This document shows, in pieces, positions 58,147 through 64,000 of a stretch of DNA of 64,000 nucleotides. Source of the DNA: Octopus vulgaris (lineage: Eukaryota); contig OX597819.1 in the NCBI GenBank assembly GCA_951406725.2, positions 43,338,001-43,402,000 of the forward strand, given 5' to 3'. A program made the translations under genes and the position numbers. Below the pieces are notes generated by a model. It was not told where the DNA came from. It saw only the letters and a program-made list of their open reading frames with translations, and ran no database searches. The first letter of the stretch is position 1; every line of letters starts with the position of its first letter.

Positions 58147-58411
58147 CTCCGGCAGTGGGTAGTGGCGACCCCTGTTGTACTCTTTCGCCCCAACTTTCTC
58201 TCACACTTTCTTCCTGTTTCTTGTCCCCGACTTCCTACGCAACCGCTGAGCCTGGATGCGCCGCATTCATCCATCCGTCGATGCTCTCGGTGTCGGGGGT
58301 TGACCTGCTTTCTCTTCTGCGGGTCTTACGAATAGCAAAGGACCACGTTTCGGACTTCTCCCATCTTGCGAGCTCTGGGACGAAGATCGTTCGCTCAACA
58401 GCAACAGCAAC
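58147..58411 (+). mobile_element. 5'-truncated SINE related to family 3, with a (CAACAG)n tail
   Basis: 12-bp TSD AGCAGCGGCAGC (58135-58146 and 58412-58423) splits the Tigger KKQRQQLPITMF motif. Confidence 0.8.
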
Positions 58412-58689
58412 AGCAGCGGCAGCAACTTCCTATCACAATGTTTTTGCAGCCTCGCAAAAAAGAGCCAGTTCCTGTTGCTACTACGAATGTTGCACCTACG
58501 GAAGAAGTGGAAGAGGTGTCCCAGGAAAGGGCACCGCCATCAGCTACATCATCTTCATTTCTACTGCGCAGCAAATTCATCACCATCATCATTCAAATTT
58601 TACTTCAACTTCTTTCGTGTTGAGTACAGCAACAATATTTAAAAAAAATCTAAACTATTATTGCTTAACAGTTGTGCTTGTTATTAATA

Positions 58690-59098
58690 AATTTCTTTAT
58701 TGCCCACAAGGGGCTAAACATAGAGGGGACAAACAAGAACAGACAAACGGATTAAGTCGATTACACCGACCCCAGTGCGAAACTGGTACTTCATTTATCG
58801 ACCACGAAAGGATGAAAGGCAAAGTCGACCTCAGCGGAATTTGAACTCAGAACGTAGCGACAGACGAAATACCTATTTCTTTACTACCCACAAGGGGCTA
58901 AACATAGAGTGGACAAACAGGGACAGACAAACGGATTAAGTCGATTATATCGACCCCAGTATGTAACTGGTACTTAATTTATCGACCCCAAAAGGATGAA
59001 AGGCAAAGTCGACCTCAGCGGAATTTGAACTCAGAACGTAGCGACAGACGAAATACCGCTAAGCATTTCGCCCGGCGCGCTAACGTGTCTGCCAGCTC
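58690..59098 (-). mobile_element. SINE family 2 tandem dimer nested in the Tigger element
   Basis: Two head-to-tail copies of the family 2 body. Confidence 0.8.
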
Positions 59099-59423
59099 TG
59101 TTGCTAATAGTCTACTGTAATGGGTGGGTTGTTGACAGTACAGAGAGGGTTTTAAAAGTCCAAATACAGGTTAAATAAATACTGTAAATATGGTGTCACT
59201 ACTTCGCGCAAATTCAGTTTTAGCGGCCGGTTTTGGAACCAATCTACCGCGATAAACGAGGGATCACTGTATATACATGCGCACAGCGTAAGAAGCAAGA
59301 GAAAAACTTCGTCCAAATCCAAGCTATCGATATTGTAAACATCAACACTGTGAGTTCGTTTCGGTCTCTCTCTCTTTTCTCTTATTACTTATGCATACAT
59401 ACATACATACATACATACATACA

Positions 59424-59452
<29 letters not shown>

Positions 59453-59456
<4 letters not shown>

Positions 59457-59996
59457 GGTGGCTGCCCCTCGTTATCGAGTATGGCCATTGCACGAAGCTT
59501 AATCAATGTTGTTATCGTGCAATGCCTGAGCAAGAAGATTTTTTTAAAGTGAGGAAAGGCTGTGCACTGAGTCAATCCCACTCACTAAGCAACAGCAGCC
59601 ATAATCCGAAAAGAAGAACAGGTCAACATCATCGGTAACCACTGAGCCGCAGGTTTTATGTCGGAGTTATCCCAGTTACCTGAGTTACCTTCTCCGAGAA
59701 AGATGCCCTAGCAAAAGCTAGGAGTCCTTCACTCCCAATGGATCGGGTAATCAGTCCGATTATTTCTATGTCCCCGCGCATGATACAACCTTAAGACATT
59801 TATTGGATGGCCGTTGACTCTCAAGAGTTCCTCCACCCTTTGACGGGTTTTGTTTTTCATACCGCAGGGTGTCCAATAAACACCCTCCTCACCAAGCAAG
59901 CTCGGTGGGGTTGTCGGTTTAGTCGCCGACGACTCGACCATGCAACAGGTTGTACTGGGTTACATGTTACCAGTAGCACTCGAAAGTGACCTGACA
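59453..59996 (-). mobile_element. RTE-derived non-autonomous retroposon with a 5' HDV-like ribozyme relic
   Basis: Minus-strand 3' end ...CTCGATAACGAGGGGCAGCC resembles RTE tails, and the 5' end folds HDV-like. (TACA)n on both sides. Confidence 0.5.
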
Positions 59997-60018
59997 TAAA
60001 CATACATACATACATACA

Positions 60019-60054
<36 letters not shown>

Positions 60055-60372
60055 CAACATGAAATAAATTGAATAACGGCAAACATACATACATACGCGC
60101 ATACACGCACACACATATATACTCACATACATATGTGCATACATGCATATACATAAACACATATCCATATATAGATACACACATATATATACGTGCGTAC
60201 ATACATATACATACATATCCACACATATGCATACAAATATACCTACATACATACACGCACATAATTCACTCATACATACATATATATATATATGTACGTA
60301 GATACACACATATATATATTCATACATACACATACATACATAATACAAACACACACACACACACACACACAC

Positions 60373-60428
<56 letters not shown>

Positions 60429-60635
60429 GCATACATAGATACATACATACAGATCGACAGACAGACGTACATACATGCATACACCTTATATTTCATCAAC
60501 GTGTTTTGTTGAGTGTTGTTCATATATAAGTAACAAGGTAAAAAAAAAAAATTACAAAACATTTGTCGGTTATTAAATTTTAGATCAGCAAATATTGTTT
60601 GTTTCGACAAACAAAAACAACAACAACAACCTCAG

Positions 60636-60694
<59 letters not shown>

Positions 60695-60932
60695 GCTACT
60701 GCTGCTGCTGCTGCTGCTGCTGGTAAAATAATATGGAATGATGATGGTGATGATAATGATGATGATGATGTCGATTACGACGATGACAACGACGACGACG
60801 ACAACGATGATGATGACGGTGAAGGCGATGGCACTTGACGCCGATGGTGATGGTGATGACTATGACAATGATGATAAATTGTAAAGGCGGGCAAGAAGAA
60901 GTAAAAGTCAAATACATATTCATTCGTGTATG

Positions 60933-61049
<117 letters not shown>

Positions 61050-61188
61050 GTATATATATATGTATATATATATGTATGTATGTATATATGTATGTATGTA
61101 TATATGTATGCATGCTTGTATGCATATATATGTGTGCGTATATATATATATATCTATATATATAAATATATATACGTGTGTGTATGTA

Positions 61189-61256
<68 letters not shown>

Positions 61257-61876
61257 GTATATCAGGGAATTGTAGAAAATAGGATTTTATTCCTTAATCG
61301 AATTATCTATCGTGATTTTTCTCATTTCGCGTTGCTTTGATATAATTCTTCAAAGTAATATCTGTGACGGTTTTCGGTGTATTTGACATAAATAACATAG
61401 AGAAAAAAAGAAAGAAAAGTAAAACAAAACAAAACAAAACAAAACTAAATAAGTAAATGAAACAGAAAAAAAAATAAATAAAATAAAATAATATTAATAA
61501 TAATAATAATAAACTCCACAGAACTCCACCCCAAAACAACCTAGGAATGGTCTTGGAGGTTATCAAAGACTACAGCAGAAATAAACAAACCACACACACA
61601 CACGCAAGCATACACATACACACACATAGATACATACACACAACGCGCGCGCACACACGCACGCACATAACGCGCACACGCGCGCACGTACTCACAGACA
61701 CACTGAAAACAAATACATAGACACACATATATATAACAGGGAGAAAGAATATCTTTTCGCCATTCAGTATATTTCTTTCGTGATGCGTGTGTTTGTATTC
61801 CTTATCTTTGCTTGTTTGTTTGTGTGTGTGTACCTATATTCATGAATGTGTTTCTGTGTGTGTATATATATATATG

Positions 61877-61961
<85 letters not shown>

Positions 61962-62108
61962 ATATATATAAACGGCGGTGCATCAGCATGGCCGCAGCTC
62001 TGAGCTGAAACTAGAGAAAAAAATATATATTCAAAGGTATACAAAATAAACAATCTATAAATATCCAACGAAATTCAATAACGTTCTCCTCACCCACTAT
62101 CTCTCTTC

Positions 62109-62140
<32 letters not shown>

Positions 62141-62656
62141 ATATATATATATATATATACGCATAAAAAACAAAAATCATTAAGTGGATAAAGAACTCAA
62201 TACATGAACTAGAGTTAATATTTATTTAATATATATATATATACACATATATGCATATAGCATACATACATATATATTTACAAATATTTACATTATACAC
62301 GAACACATACATATATATTCACAGATATATTGATATATAAGTTTATTGAACTTTTTGTGTATATTTACTGATTATTATTTTATCTTTAGTTTATTTGGCC
62401 AATGGGTACGATGGCTGTCAGATAAAATATCGATATATTTAAGGTAGTCGTGTCCTATTTATTTACATGTACTGGTTCGGAAAGACGGCAGAATCAATCA
62501 GGTTAAGTCTTGTAATATTGTATATCCTAATTCGATATATTCGTGTTGGAATTTTATGTTGTTGAAAGCAGGTGGATCTTACCGAGCCAAGAGAATGCCA
62601 GCACCAAGCATCAATAATTCTTTTTTGTTTTCTTTCTCACGGATAGCACCGGATTA

Positions 62657-63103
62657 GGATCTTTTCGGTTTTGAACGGCAGTTTTTAACATAATTTCTAG
62701 GTAACTAAAAAAATTTTAAACTTCGTATACTGGTAGAATGTGTTTATAAAACATCTTTTTCTCTTGGCTTTATTGAGAAAATTCTATAGTTTGTAAGCTA
62801 TTTGCTGTTTTTTTTTTTTCAATTTCAGCAATTTCAACCAACCAGTGACGTCTATTGAGGTAAAAAACATTCTGTGCCGTATGAATATGTCCCTCGTTTA
62901 AGAAACAGATTGGGTTTATTTACATTTGTGAAGAAAAAAAGATACCCTTCCCCCACCCCTAACCCTAACCCTAACTAACCCTAACCCTAACCCTAACCCT
63001 AAAAGAGATTGAAATGCAATAGATCGATTCTAGGGTCATAATTATGGGTGACAATTTCATATGACATCGCTAAAAAAAATGGCCGTTCAAACCGAAAAGA
63101 TCC
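62657..63103. mobile_element. TTAGGG-containing MITE, copy 4
   Basis: Both TIRs present; (CCCTAA)n at ~62957-63002. Confidence 0.85.
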
Positions 63104-63562
63104 GCAGTTGGATCTTTCCGATCCAAGTGAATGCCAGCATCAAGTATCAATAATTCTTTTTGTTTTGTTTCTTACGGATAGCACCGGATTAACCATTAAG
63201 CAAAATATGCACGCGCTTAGGGCATCAAGGCAAGGGTGGTTGGGGGGTGGGAGGTTGAGCACCACAGAAATAGTAAATGGTTTACGGTACAAAAGAAATT
63301 ACTTTAAAACTTGCTAAAATAATATTCGAAGTGGTTTATATATGATCGGAAATATAATTTCGAAGTGTTTACGGTGTCATGGCGAGTATCTGATGAAAGA
63401 CTTTGCAATTAAGAAAAATGTCGGAGAAAACTTTTCAAATATAAATCTAATGGAAGTTATACAAAAATAAGCAATATTTTCCATCTTACTGTTAGTTTTG
63501 TTTCATTCTGAGAGAAAAAAAAAATTCATTGTTTATTATTGTTTGTATTTTGAATGACATAT

Positions 63563-63663
63563 GCGTAGGAGTGGCTATGTGGTAAGTAGCTTGCTTACGA
63601 ACCACATGGTTCCGGGTTCAGTCCCACTGCGTGGCACCTTGTGGGTGGATCTGGTAGACGGAA

Positions 63664-63667
<4 letters not shown>
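63563..63667 (+). mobile_element. SINE family 1 head
   Basis: A and B box head, deleted internally. Confidence 0.75.
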
Positions 63668-63709
<42 letters not shown>

Positions 63710-63928
63710 TAATGTAGGATAAAATTTATTTCGGGAAAAAATTTTTTTATCAATGGCCAGCATATCAAAAAATACCTTTAAAGGTTAAATTTATAAATAA
63801 TTTACAAAATAAGGGCAGAAGAAAAATTCTAATGCCAAATATGCCTAAAGAAAGACAAAAATTGTCAATAACCATTATAATTTATGCGTCCCGAAATAAA
63901 CCGATAGAAATTTCTAAAAAATTCGTTA

Positions 63929-63987
63929 TTACCGTATTGGTCCAATTTCGGGGTTAATTCATAGAATTTACCCCTCTTCAGCGACAA
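63929..63987 (-). ncRNA. Type-I hammerhead ribozyme with an intact catalytic core
   Basis: TTGTCG-CTGAAGA-GGGGT(AAATTCTATGAATTA)ACCCC-GAAA-TTGG(A)CCAA-TA-CGGTAA. Predicted AUA cleavage between 63935 and 63934. Confidence 0.8.
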
Positions 63988-64000
63988 ATACGCGAGATAT

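Noticed and set aside
58056-58844. 262-aa ORF as a gene
   Set aside because: Chance read-through across a Tigger remnant and two SINE insertions.

Overview
This is AT-rich eukaryotic non-coding DNA, almost entirely microsatellites ((TA)n, (CA)n, (TACA)n, (TATC)n, (AAT/GAT)n) and transposon debris. The repeat families are consistent with a coleoid cephalopod (Octopus-like) genome; that assignment is an inference from recognising the repeats, not from a search. I can support no intact host protein-coding gene, and nearly all ORFs in the track are translations of microsatellites or SINEs. Recognisable elements are several tRNA-derived SINE families, R4/Dong-type non-LTR fragments in (TACA)n, a Neptune-type Penelope-like (PLE) RT fragment, a decayed Tc1 DD34E transposase, mariner, Tigger and hAT elements, a TTAGGG-containing MITE, and Helitrons. 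The most notable signal is a dense set of about 10 minimal type-I hammerhead ribozyme motifs from several unrelated short elements lodged in (TA)n tracts. All have a palindromic helix III and several carry a recurrent CCGANGA core variant. Also notable are a ~580-nt foldback with a 12:2 G-U vs A-C strand bias and an HDV-like ribozyme relic at the 5' end of an RTE-type element. All structures were folded by eye.
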